A stretch of DNA of 63,963 bases, the filler included, from a bacterium (GTDB taxonomy: Bacteria; JALSQH01), in the NCBI GenBank assembly GCA_026985515.1. It is 7 parts of 7 records of this genome, joined end to end, with 100 filler letters (N's around TTAATTAATTAA, not from the genome) between each part and the next. Parts side by side here need not be neighbours in the genome. Positions count along the whole stretch, not along the records: positions 1 to 17,412 come from JALSQH010000051.1; 6 more parts are not named here. One strand, 5' to 3'. Shown piece after piece: positions 1 to 9,221 of this stretch (its first letter is position 1; each line of letters begins with the position of its first letter). Below the pieces are notes generated by a model, which worked only from the letters and a program-made list of their open reading frames with translations, was not told the origin of the DNA and ran no database searches. The position numbers and the translations under genes were made by a program.

Positions 1-1779
1 TTTCAAATCATAGAGTCCCTGAAAAGGATCAATTAATTCTCCAAAATCATCGGGATTTAATGAGATAGCCATTGCATTTATGGTGAAGTCTCTCCTGTAG
101 AGATCCTGATAAAGGGTTCCCTTTGTTACAACAGGGTAGGAGATATTTTCAGGAGTATAATACTCAATTCGGGCTGTTGAAAGATCAATGTGAAAATCTC
201 CATTAAAGTGAAGGCGTGCTGTACCAAACCTCTCCCACTTCTTTACTCTGATGCCTCTTTCCCTGGCGAGAAGTTCTGCAAGTTCTATAGCGTCACCTTC
301 AACAACGATGTCTACATCGTAATTCTCCCTTCTCAAAATCAGATCCCTGACAAATCCACCCACCAGATATGCCCTCATACCAGACTGAACTGCAGTTTCC
401 CCCACTTCTTTTATCACTTCAATCAATTCTTTTTTAAGAGAGGTTTCCAGAAGAGATTTTAAATTCTTTTTCTTCACATTTGAAAGATCACGAAAGGAGT
501 CAGGCTCTGAGAAAAGGTGTTTAAGTAACTCCTTTCGGGTTATACCCCCGGCAGGAAACCCATCTTTAACCACAGGGACAAATCTCTGCCCCTTCTTCAT
601 CATGATCTCTTTCACCCTGGAAACAGGATCTTCGGGAGAAACAATTTCTATGTCTCTTATCATGAAGTCCCTTACTTTTGCTTTTCCGAGATTGTGATAG
701 AGAAGTTTATCAACAATCTGACGGGATAGAATACCTGAAAGCCTGCCCCTGCTGTTTATAACGGGCAAAACATTAAAATTATACTTCCCAAAGATCTCAC
801 CAGCATCTTCTATGGACCTTCCCTCACCAATGGTTACCAGATTGGAAAACATAATGTCTCCTGCTTTGACCTCTTCCTCTTCCCTCCTTTCTATTGCGTT
901 CTTCAAAGCTTTCAAGGCTTCAGGTAATGAGAGATTCTGAAGAACAACCGATGCCGCACTCCTGTGTCCCCCGCCGCCAAGTCTGCCGAGCACCTCAAGG
1001 ACGCTGTACTCTCTGTTTCTGCTCCTTCCAATGATTTGAATCTTTTCACCTGACTGGAGAAGCACAAAAGCTGCATCTAATTCCATCGCTGAAAGATAAT
1101 GATTCATCACAAGGGAAATATCTGGAATATACCTTTCAAGTTTGAGAATAACAATTCCAATGAGAAAATTACCGCTTCTTATTACCTCCCCCTCATTTAT
1201 CATCTCCTGAAGAAGTTCTATCTGGGGAGGCTGAAGAGTGAATTTCACATACCTTGTTACTACCTCCAGATCCGCTCCCTTTCTCATAAGGAAAGCAGCA
1301 GCTTCAAAGTCTTCGGGAGTAACATCACTGAATGAAAGATATCCCGTATCTTCATATATACCAGCAAGCAACGCAGTGGCAATTTCAGAAGGTATTTCTA
1401 CTCCCTTTTCTCTCAGGAGAAGAGAGACAATAGTGGAAGTTGAACCCGTCTCTGCTGTAACTCTGGTAATATTCAGGTTACCGGGTAGATTACCTTCCGG
1501 GTGATGATCAATGATGACTATTTTTTTATCTGAGAAATCAAATGGGCAATCAATTCTCTTCAGGGAAGAAGTATCAACAATCACGATCTGCTCAACTTCC
1601 TCCTCTATATCACTATCAAGAATATCAGCAAAAAAATCCCTTATAAAATTCCTCAGAGGCTCCTCCACTTCCCGGGGAAGAAGCACCCTGCTATTTTCGT
1701 AAAGTAATGTGGCCCCCACAGCACTTCCAAAAGCATCAAAATCTGTATGGATGTGGGGGCATATTACAGTAATTCCCAT
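1..1779 (-). CDS. DHH/DHHA1-CBS-polyA polymerase family tRNA nucleotidyltransferase (CCA/A-adding), 3' end runs off the window
   Basis: Manual translation from ATG at 1779: MGITVICPHIHTDFDAFGS, IVIIDHHP, GGGGH, a CBS region, then AYLVGGFVRDL..DVDIVVEGD and QDLYRRDFTINAMA. Absent from the ORF track because it has no stop in the window. Confidence 0.92.
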   Translation of the reverse strand, partial: MGITVICPHIHTDFDAFGSAVGATLLYENSRVLLPREVEEPLRNFIRDFFADILDSDIEEEVEQIVIVDTSSLKRIDCPFDFSDKKIVIIDHHPEGNLPGNLNITRVTAETGSTSTIVSLLLREKGVEIPSEIATALLAGIYEDTGYLSFSDVTPEDFEAAAFLMRKGADLEVVTRYVKFTLQPPQIELLQEMINEGEVIRSGNFLIGIVILKLERYIPDISLVMNHYLSAMELDAAFVLLQSGEKIQIIGRSRNREYSVLEVLGRLGGGGHRSAASVVLQNLSLPEALKALKNAIERREEEEVKAGDIMFSNLVTIGEGRSIEDAGEIFGKYNFNVLPVINSRGRLSGILSRQIVDKLLYHNLGKAKVRDFMIRDIEIVSPEDPVSRVKEIMMKKGQRFVPVVKDGFPAGGITRKELLKHLFSEPDSFRDLSNVKKKNLKSLLETSLKKELIEVIKEVGETAVQSGMRAYLVGGFVRDLILRRENYDVDIVVEGDAIELAELLARERGIRVKKWERFGTARLHFNGDFHIDLSTARIEYYTPENISYPVVTKGTLYQDLYRRDFTINAMAISLNPDDFGELIDPFQGLYDLK

Positions 1780-3050
1780 CAATAACTTCCCCTCAACCTC
1801 TCAGCTTCAGCGAGTCTTGAGATAGCAATGGCGTAGGCAGATTTCCTCAAATCAATTCCTTCTCTCTTTGATAAATCAAGGACTGAGGTATAAGCCTTCC
1901 TGAGAATATTCTCCATCCGCTGGAAAAACTCCTCCTTTTCCCAGCGAAACTCCTGGAGATTCTGCACCCACTCAAAATAGGAACCGATCACTCCTCCTGC
2001 GTTGGCCAGAATATCTGGAACAATGGTCACCCTTCTTTCCAGAAGTATCTTTTCTGCGGTTGGTGTTATGGGACTGTTAGCCGCTTCTATTATCATTCTT
2101 GTTTTTATGTAATCCACATTCTTCTCCTTTGAAATCGCACCACCCAGGGCAGCAGGAATCAAAATATCCGTCTCGATTTTGAAAAGATCTTCTCTGTCCA
2201 GTACCTCAACACCCTCTGCCTCGTATCCCTTCAGCGTCCTGTTCTTTCTGTAGTACTCGTAAGCTTCCGGTATGTTAATTCCATCAGGCTTAAAAAGGGC
2301 AACATTGACATCACTAATAGCCACGATTTTTGCCCCCATTTGATGGAGAAATTTTGCCGCATTGGACCCCACATTACCAAAACCCTGAATGGCTATCCTT
2401 GCATTTTGTAATTCAATTCCAAAATCCTTTGCTGCAAGAGAAGTTATAAAGGCAACTCCCTTTCCGGTGGCCTCCTCCCTGCCCGGTGCCCCTCCAAGTG
2501 GAACAGGTTTACCTGTGACAACAGCAGGTGTGAATCCATGAGCCTTGCTGTACTCATCAAATATCCAGGCCATTACCTGCGCATTGGTGTTAACATCGGG
2601 AGCAGGAATATCCCTGAAAGGACCAAGGATGAGACCAATTCTCTGGGTGTATTTTCTCGTTAATCTTTCAAGTTCAGGAAGAGATAATTTTGATGGATCA
2701 ACAGTAACACCACCCTTTGCCCCTCCAAAGGGAATATCCATCAGAGCCGTCTTTAAACTCATAAGTGCTGCAAGACCCCTCACCTCAAATAGATCAACTT
2801 CTGGATGAAACCTGATTCCCCCTTTCATTGGACCCCTGGCTCCGTTGTGCTGAACCCTGTAACCAACAAATACCTCTATATCACCATTATCCATTCTCAC
2901 TGGAACTTCAACGGTAACCTCCCTGAAGGGGAAGAGAAGATCTTTTTTTTCAGAATAGGTTATTCCCGTGATTCTCATTGTCTCTTCAAACTGGATTTCA
3001 ACAATTTTATAAGGGTGCATGCTCTCTCCTCTTTTCTCCGGTGCCTTCAT
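1779..3050 (-). CDS. gdhA: Glu/Leu/Phe/Val dehydrogenase (glutamate dehydrogenase)
   Basis: GPMKGGIRFHP, PFGGAKGG, DIPAPDVNT, GFGNVG, PDILANAGGV; AGGAGG RBS. Confidence 0.93.
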   Translation of the reverse strand: MKAPEKRGESMHPYKIVEIQFEETMRITGITYSEKKDLLFPFREVTVEVPVRMDNGDIEVFVGYRVQHNGARGPMKGGIRFHPEVDLFEVRGLAALMSLKTALMDIPFGGAKGGVTVDPSKLSLPELERLTRKYTQRIGLILGPFRDIPAPDVNTNAQVMAWIFDEYSKAHGFTPAVVTGKPVPLGGAPGREEATGKGVAFITSLAAKDFGIELQNARIAIQGFGNVGSNAAKFLHQMGAKIVAISDVNVALFKPDGINIPEAYEYYRKNRTLKGYEAEGVEVLDREDLFKIETDILIPAALGGAISKEKNVDYIKTRMIIEAANSPITPTAEKILLERRVTIVPDILANAGGVIGSYFEWVQNLQEFRWEKEEFFQRMENILRKAYTSVLDLSKREGIDLRKSAYAIAISRLAEAERLRGSY

Positions 3051-3934
3051 AAGATACCTCCTTGTTTATTTGTTATTCTCCGGTAAAAAGCCTCAATCCT
3101 CAATTTTTCTCGCTCTTCAAAACCTGTACCACTCTTTATTTCAAGTGGAATAACATCAGAAGATAAACTCCCCCTGAGAATAATTTCATAATTCTGCCAG
3201 GGTGAAAGGGAGTAATAAAGATAAAAAAACCCTTCAATCTCCCTCTCCTCTGCCACTTCTCTATAAATACCCAATCTCTCCGCAGGAGAAGAAACCACTC
3301 CCGGATCCAGGAAAAATTTTTCATCTGAGAGAAGATATGGTAGCTCAATAAAAACTGGATTAAATAATCTGCACAACTCTCTGTAGAAGTCAGTGAAAGG
3401 TGGCAATTCTCCAAGGAGGCCAATTTTAGTTTTCCCACATTTAAAATCTTTTCCAGGATCTACAGTTACTCCCGAAATTGAAAATAGTTTTTCTGTAAAC
3501 TGTGAGAAATACTTTTCCTCTTCTCCTTTCAGGTACCTGTCCAGATTCAGAATTTTTTCCCGTATATTAACCCCTGAAGAATCAGATGGCAACCAGTTTT
3601 TCAATCTCTCCAGCTCCTGCTCAATACCAGGCATATATCTGAAAACAAAGAAATCAATCCCTTCCGTTTCAAGAACTGTTACTATTTCCCTCATATCTGC
3701 AGGAACACTGACAACGAATTTATCTATACCTTCCCTTCTGAGAATTGGAACCAGAATCTTCGCAATCAGTGGAGAAGTAAGTTCCACCCCTCCCTCTTCT
3801 CCTTCCTTCATCAGCAGATCAAGATAACTTTTGTACTTTTCAGCAAGCAGAGTCACCAATACAGGTTCAACCCTCCCCTCAAGTAAATTCAGTGGTACCA
3901 GTGAAATAAAACCAGCTTTAATCTTTTTCTCCAT
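3047..3934 (-). CDS. Degenerate 2-hydroxyacyl-CoA dehydratase subunit-like protein
   Basis: N-terminal GFISLVP and C-terminal ERLGIYREVAEEREIEG...PLEI....EREKLRIEAF resemble the HgdA/B (HGD-D) family; the usual Fe-S Cys is not apparent. Confidence 0.5.
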   Translation of the reverse strand: MEKKIKAGFISLVPLNLLEGRVEPVLVTLLAEKYKSYLDLLMKEGEEGGVELTSPLIAKILVPILRREGIDKFVVSVPADMREIVTVLETEGIDFFVFRYMPGIEQELERLKNWLPSDSSGVNIREKILNLDRYLKGEEEKYFSQFTEKLFSISGVTVDPGKDFKCGKTKIGLLGELPPFTDFYRELCRLFNPVFIELPYLLSDEKFFLDPGVVSSPAERLGIYREVAEEREIEGFFYLYYSLSPWQNYEIILRGSLSSDVIPLEIKSGTGFEEREKLRIEAFYRRITNKQGGIL

Positions 3935-4208
3935 CAAGTAACTTCTTCAACAATTCATCTGGATCCACTTTCTTTCTCTTATTTCCAGGTGGAGTCTTCT
4001 TCGGTTTGAAATATTCACAGAAGTTTGAAGCCTCCTTATCTGCCACAAACTCGGCAGATGGTTCTCTGCACTGGTTATGAGCATAGGGATCATAAAACTC
4101 GCACTGAATACACGAGTGCAGATAACTTCCACACGATGGACAGACTGAATCTCTTCCCACATAATCAATATCTATTTTTTCACCACACACCTGACAGTAG
4201 ATAATCAT
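3918..4208 (-). CDS. Cys-rich zinc-ribbon hypothetical protein
   Basis: CQVC, CPSC, CIQC, QCRE, NFCEYF; overlaps both neighbours. Confidence 0.75.
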   Translation of the reverse strand: MIIYCQVCGEKIDIDYVGRDSVCPSCGSYLHSCIQCEFYDPYAHNQCREPSAEFVADKEASNFCEYFKPKKTPPGNKRKKVDPDELLKKLLDGEKD

Positions 4209-5281
4209 ATCTTCCAGTCCTCTGTACCATCGAGGGAGTATATGAACTCAACGAGCAATTTAACAGCGTTGTCCAGATCATCAATCTGCAGCATCTCTAC
4301 CGGGGAATGCATATATCTGAGAGGCACGCTCACCAGACCTGTGGCAACTCCAGCCTTTGTAAGTTGAATAACATTTGCATCTGTTCCTGTGCCTCTGGGT
4401 GCAGCTTCAATTTGTAGAGGGATTGAGTTTTTCTCTGCAACATTCAGGAATCTTTTAAAAACCTTTGGACTTATATTTGGACCACGCGACACCACCGGTC
4501 CATCACCAAGCTTCATTTCACCCACCTTTTTCATATCCACATCAGGCTGATCAGTGGCAAATGTAACATCAATGGCTATACCCACATCAGGCGAGATTCC
4601 GTAGGCAGCAGTTTTCGCTCCCCTCAAACCAATCTCCTCCTGAACACTGACAACACCATAGACAGTGTAAGCTGGTTTTTTACCCTCTCTTTTTATCCTT
4701 CTTCCTATCTCCCTGAGGGTCACAGCCACTACATAGGCACCCATCTTATCATCAAAGGCTCTTGCAACTACCCTGTTGTTAATTACATCCATCATACCCA
4801 CATCAACAACACCCACATCTCCTATTGATACATACTTTTCTGCATCCTCTTTATCTTTAGCACCAATATCAATGTACATATCTTCTATTTTTACAGCCTT
4901 CTCCCTGTCTTCAGGTTTTTGAAGATGAATGGGTTTTCTACCTATAACTCCTCTTACCCTGCCGTTTTTAGTAAAGAGGACAACCCTCTGTCCCATTATG
5001 TGCTGGGCATCCACTCCACCTACAGGAGCGAAATAGATAAACCCTTTTTCGTCAATATATCTGACCATTACACCAATTTCATCCATGTGACCTGAAAGCA
5101 TGATTTTTCTCTCACTCTCCCCCCTGATTACTCCCCACCTGTTGCCCATTACATCACCATCAACTTCATCCACAAAATCCTTTACACTATTCTCAAAGAT
5201 TCCTGCACACTCAGATTCATAGCCAGAAGGACATGCAGAAGATGTGAGTGCTTCCATTATCTCTCTATCCTCTTTCCACAT
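4205..5281 (-). CDS. M42 family metallopeptidase (TET-like aminopeptidase)
   Basis: GHMDEIG, AFDDKMG, VQEEIGLRGA, IDVT, RYMHSPVE. Confidence 0.93.
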   Translation of the reverse strand: MWKEDREIMEALTSSACPSGYESECAGIFENSVKDFVDEVDGDVMGNRWGVIRGESERKIMLSGHMDEIGVMVRYIDEKGFIYFAPVGGVDAQHIMGQRVVLFTKNGRVRGVIGRKPIHLQKPEDREKAVKIEDMYIDIGAKDKEDAEKYVSIGDVGVVDVGMMDVINNRVVARAFDDKMGAYVVAVTLREIGRRIKREGKKPAYTVYGVVSVQEEIGLRGAKTAAYGISPDVGIAIDVTFATDQPDVDMKKVGEMKLGDGPVVSRGPNISPKVFKRFLNVAEKNSIPLQIEAAPRGTGTDANVIQLTKAGVATGLVSVPLRYMHSPVEMLQIDDLDNAVKLLVEFIYSLDGTEDWKI

Positions 5282-5338
5282 AACTGACCTCCACCGGGGT
5301 TTTTAAATAGTATAGCAAAGTGCTGTTCAATTTCCAGT

Positions 5339-6337
5339 TTATCCCCCATAATACCTCTCCATAAACCTGAGGGCATTTTTCCAGAAGATACCTTCAATTT
5401 CCTCTCTGCTGAAACCCTCTTCTTCAAGAAATCTTCTCAATTTCTGGATCATTGAGGCATCTCTTATCTCTCTTACGGAAAAAATGTATCCATCAAAATC
5501 TGTTCCAATGGCAACATGCTCCGGACCTATTTTTTCCGAAATATACGCCGCAGTTTTTGCCCAGATTCTGGCAATGGAGAAAACACCCCCTCTCTTCAAA
5601 TACCATGGAAACATGATTATACCAATCAAACCATCCTTCCTGCCAATCTCCCTTATCTGCTCATCTGAAAGATTTCTCTCACTGTCGTTAAAGGCCCTCA
5701 CACCGGTATGGGAGACAAAAAGAGGCCCATTATATATACTGGCGACCTCAAAGAAACCTTTACTGGAAATATGGGCGAGATCAGGGACGATCCCTATCTT
5801 TTCCATCTCTCTTACAACTTCTCTACCGAAAGAGGTCAGACCATCATCCCTGTAAAGAAATTTAAAACTGCATGAACCCACAATCCTGTTTTTTACAAAA
5901 TGAGTAAGTGTAATATAAAAAACTCCCCTTTCCCTGAAAAGATGAAGATTCTCCACACTGTTACCAATGTGATGCCCACCCTCAATGGCAGGAACAGCAA
6001 CAATTCTGTCCCCTTTCTTAACAGCTTCAACAACTTCCTTACCACTTTTTGCAAGAACCATCCTTTCATTATTCTTCTCAACGAAGTGTGAAAGTGTATC
6101 AAGCTGAGCCAAAGCATCTTTAAAATAGTCAAGAAAAACCCCAAATATTCCAGGAACATAAACATCTGATACAATCACCCTGTACCCGCCCTCAGAGATT
6201 TTGGGCAAATCAAGCATATTTTTCAGAGGATTCCAGAAAAGAGGAGATGATACTCTTCTGCTGAGATCTTTCTTCAGATAGTGCAAATTTATCAGCATAT
6301 GTGAGTGGAGATCAATAACAGGTATTTTCCCTTCCAT
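5339..6337 (-). CDS. Membrane dipeptidase family (M19) amidohydrolase
   Basis: DLHSH, IEGG, LTH, DLAH, SHTG, RNLSDEQ, GTDFDG; AGGAGG before ATG at 6337. Confidence 0.88.
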   Translation of the reverse strand: MEGKIPVIDLHSHMLINLHYLKKDLSRRVSSPLFWNPLKNMLDLPKISEGGYRVIVSDVYVPGIFGVFLDYFKDALAQLDTLSHFVEKNNERMVLAKSGKEVVEAVKKGDRIVAVPAIEGGHHIGNSVENLHLFRERGVFYITLTHFVKNRIVGSCSFKFLYRDDGLTSFGREVVREMEKIGIVPDLAHISSKGFFEVASIYNGPLFVSHTGVRAFNDSERNLSDEQIREIGRKDGLIGIIMFPWYLKRGGVFSIARIWAKTAAYISEKIGPEHVAIGTDFDGYIFSVREIRDASMIQKLRRFLEEEGFSREEIEGIFWKNALRFMERYYGG

Positions 6338-6552
6338 AAAAACCTCCTTGTTACAGTAAGTTAACATATACCAACATTCTGGTGTAAAAAAGATGTAGAA
6401 AACCTATCTATCTTTTCATACGACTCCTTAATCTCACTTGATTTTTTCTCAGGTTGCTCAATCTCTGTGCAGGTACAATCAGGCAATTTATAAAGAAGAA
6501 TCAGGCAGATAAAAAAATACATAGACACACCAGAGACTTCCAAAAAATAAAA

Positions 6553-7143
6553 CTACTTTTTATCTTTAAAGTAAATGAGCCCACACTTAATCATATCCTT
6601 TACCACCTGCGTCAGGGGAAGACCCACAACATTGGAATATGATCCCCTAACCGCCTCTATCATAAAGCTACCTATTCCCTGAACTGCATAGGCTCCCGCC
6701 TTATCGAGAGGTTCTCCAGTGGAAACATACCACTCTATTATTTCATCGCTCAAATTCATAATTTTTACCTTTGATTTCACACTTCTCCTGTAGAGTTTCT
6801 TTCCACACCAGAGGGCATATCCGGTGTACACCCTGTGCCAGTTACCTGAGAGCATTTTCAAAAATTCAACTGCTTCTTTTTCATCAGATGGTTTACCAAG
6901 AATTTTCCCATTTATGAATACCACCGTATCAGCGGTAAGGACAGGCATCTCACCATCCACTTTCCTTCTGACTGCCTCAAGTTTTTCAAGGGCGGCTCGT
7001 TTCACAAACTCCCATGGAGGTTCTCCTGGAGCAGGGGATTCATCAATCTCAGGTGTAATAATTCTGAACTTAAGTCCAATCATGGATAAAAGTTCGCTTC
7101 TCCTTGGCGAAGATGATCCAAGTACAAACTCTCTATTTTTCAT
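6553..7143 (-). CDS. maf: Maf family nucleoside triphosphate pyrophosphatase
   Basis: LGSSSPRRSELL, ADTVV, ILGKP, DKAGAYAVQG, GSYSNVVGLP. Confidence 0.95.
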   Translation of the reverse strand: MKNREFVLGSSSPRRSELLSMIGLKFRIITPEIDESPAPGEPPWEFVKRAALEKLEAVRRKVDGEMPVLTADTVVFINGKILGKPSDEKEAVEFLKMLSGNWHRVYTGYALWCGKKLYRRSVKSKVKIMNLSDEIIEWYVSTGEPLDKAGAYAVQGIGSFMIEAVRGSYSNVVGLPLTQVVKDMIKCGLIYFKDKK

Positions 7144-8128
7144 CGGCAAGCTCCTTTAAAACAACCGCTCTGTTTCGCAGAATTTCTGTACATCCATTAA
7201 CATCACCCTTCTCAAGCCAGATGGATCCGATACAGGGACTGCAATAGGGGAGAAGGGGGCAACTGCCACATCTGTAATCTTTTATCCTTTTCCCCCTCAG
7301 GCTTTTAAAAACTTCGGATTTCTTCCATATCTCAACAATGCTTTTCTCTCTTATATTTCCCGCAAGGAGTCTGAGCTGAACGCAGGGATAAACATCTCCA
7401 TATGGTGAAATGGCCATCGTGGAAAGACCCGCATTGCATATATATTCATTTACATCCCTCTGAGGGAAAATGTAGGGCCTATCCTTAACAAGGGAGTAAA
7501 ATTCTCTCAATTGATAAAGATCAAGTCTCAACTTCAAGGGATCAATGGATAGATCATCCTTTGGAGTAATAACAACGTCATAATAGAAATTAGCATCAAG
7601 AGAATGGACAAGCTCCTTTACAGACACCACATCCCTGTAGTTGGGCTTCATGGCGATGAATTTAAGATTAACCTTTATATTGTGCTTTCTGAGAAATTTC
7701 ACTGCTCTGACAAGATGGTCAAAAGAACCTCTAACCCCTGTTATTGAATCGTGCAATTCGCTTCTGCTTCCATAGATGCTGAGTTCCACTTCAAGAATGT
7801 TTAATTGCGACAGGAAATGTGCGAAATCTTCATCAATATAATATCCAGCGGTAAAGAGTCTTATTGCAAATTCCTTCTCACTCATCATTTCAAGAAGATC
7901 TCTTATATCCCTCCTTACAAGAGGTTCACCTCCCGTAACTGTCAGAATAAGAGTACCAAGGGTATTAAGGTCATCAAGAAGGTGAGAATATTCCTCAAAA
8001 GTTAATTCATTTTCTCCTCTGTTAACCACATAGCAATGGATGCATTTCAAATTGCATCTGTAGGTAACCTCCAGGACAACATTTGCCGGGATGCCCGCTT
8101 TTATATATGTATCGTAGAGCTTTTTCAC
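7133..8128 (-). CDS. Radical SAM/SPASM domain peptide maturase
   Basis: CNLKCIHC (CxxxCxxC), TGGEP, SPASM CNAG...GDVYPC...CGSC.....CSPC...C. Confidence 0.92.
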   Translation of the reverse strand: MKKLYDTYIKAGIPANVVLEVTYRCNLKCIHCYVVNRGENELTFEEYSHLLDDLNTLGTLILTVTGGEPLVRRDIRDLLEMMSEKEFAIRLFTAGYYIDEDFAHFLSQLNILEVELSIYGSRSELHDSITGVRGSFDHLVRAVKFLRKHNIKVNLKFIAMKPNYRDVVSVKELVHSLDANFYYDVVITPKDDLSIDPLKLRLDLYQLREFYSLVKDRPYIFPQRDVNEYICNAGLSTMAISPYGDVYPCVQLRLLAGNIREKSIVEIWKKSEVFKSLRGKRIKDYRCGSCPLLPYCSPCIGSIWLEKGDVNGCTEILRNRAVVLKELADEK

Positions 8129-8397
8129 TTAACCCTCTCTATTAGACCCGCTTCCAGCAACTGTGTTAAAAATTCCTCAACATCTCCCTCTGCATCTTCT
8201 TCTGAAACCTCGTATTGCTCCACCAACATTCTGATAATTTCAGCAACACTCCTTCTGCCATCTATCAGATCCCAGATCTCACCCCCCACCTCATTAAGGG
8301 TCAAAACCTCCCCTTCCCTTGTATCTACAAGGATATACTCATCAAGGATCTTCCTGTGAACCACCCCCTTTTTTCTTCTGTAGATCTCTTCCCTCAC
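8125..8397 (-). CDS. PqqD family protein (RiPP recognition element)
   Basis: TLNEVGGEIWDLIDG.RSVAEI...L.EQYEV......DVEEFL..L.EAGLI. Confidence 0.93.
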   Translation of the reverse strand: MREEIYRRKKGVVHRKILDEYILVDTREGEVLTLNEVGGEIWDLIDGRRSVAEIIRMLVEQYEVSEEDAEGDVEEFLTQLLEAGLIERVK

Positions 8398-9221
8398 AAT
8401 AAAACCTCCTTTACACTCCCATCTTTTCTGAACCTGAGTATATAAAATTCCACCCTTTCCAGCAAAGAGTTTATCCTTTCAACAAGTAAATCAACCATTT
8501 CATCATCGCTGTTTACAAAAGGAGAATTGGCAAAAAGTTTGGCAACTGCATATCCACGCTCCACAGGAACAATTTCATTTTTATCAGATTTTATTAGAAA
8601 AAAAACTCTCACGAGTCTGGTACCTGTTTGCCTCCCCACCCATATCGTCTCCTCGCCCCTGAAAGGCGTTGATAAGATCTGAGTATCCTCTTTGGAAAGA
8701 TCAACGGCCACCAGATCATCACTGTAAATCTCTCCATAATTTCTCAGTAGCCGTGATATGGTTGACTTTCCAGCACCCGACTGCCCCACAAATAGAAATC
8801 CCTTCCCTCCCAGTTCCATTCCTGCGGAATGGAGTAATAAAGCCTCATTGAGAAGAAGATAGTAAGAAAAATAGACTCTGAAAAAATTTTCCATCAGGCT
8901 AACAGACAGGTTTGCCGCGACTTTTACCTCTCCACTAAAGGTGGTTAGATCAAAATCCCCCTTTAATCCCGTGGAAGCAACAGTGACCAGAGAACCATCT
9001 CTTTCAATATCAAGTGGCAAAAGTCCCCTTACAGTTTTAAAACTCAAGTCCCCACTCTTCTCAATAAAAATTTCACCGGCGGCCTGTCCCTCCTTCAACT
9101 CTGAAATAAAACTCCTGTATGTTCTCACAAAAAGATCAATAGTTTCTTCATCTGAAAAAACATTAACCCCGAATCTGCCAAAGCCAAAGGTAATGGCTCT
9201 ACTTTTCCGAGACAAGATCAA
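8394..9221 (-). CDS. HPr kinase-related P-loop protein (ScmC-like)
   Basis: LLLHSAG, GQSGAGKST Walker A, YSDD, STPF. Confidence 0.85.
   Translation of the reverse strand: MILSRKSRAITFGFGRFGVNVFSDEETIDLFVRTYRSFISELKEGQAAGEIFIEKSGDLSFKTVRGLLPLDIERDGSLVTVASTGLKGDFDLTTFSGEVKVAANLSVSLMENFFRVYFSYYLLLNEALLLHSAGMELGGKGFLFVGQSGAGKSTISRLLRNYGEIYSDDLVAVDLSKEDTQILSTPFRGEETIWVGRQTGTRLVRVFFLIKSDKNEIVPVERGYAVAKLFANSPFVNSDDEMVDLLVERINSLLERVEFYILRFRKDGSVKEVLL

Noticed and set aside
190-1702. Plus-strand ORFs here and similar short opposite-strand ORFs throughout the track
   Set aside because: Shadows of well-supported genes on the other strand.
6361-6543. 60-aa ORF with a CTC motif as the RiPP precursor
   Set aside because: No SD, TTG start, no recognisable leader or core pattern, and it runs over the likely promoter of the next gene.
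7133-8397. PQQ, mycofactocin or lasso-peptide biosynthesis
   Set aside because: No pqqA/B/C, mftA/D/E, lasso cyclase or B2 protease genes in the window.
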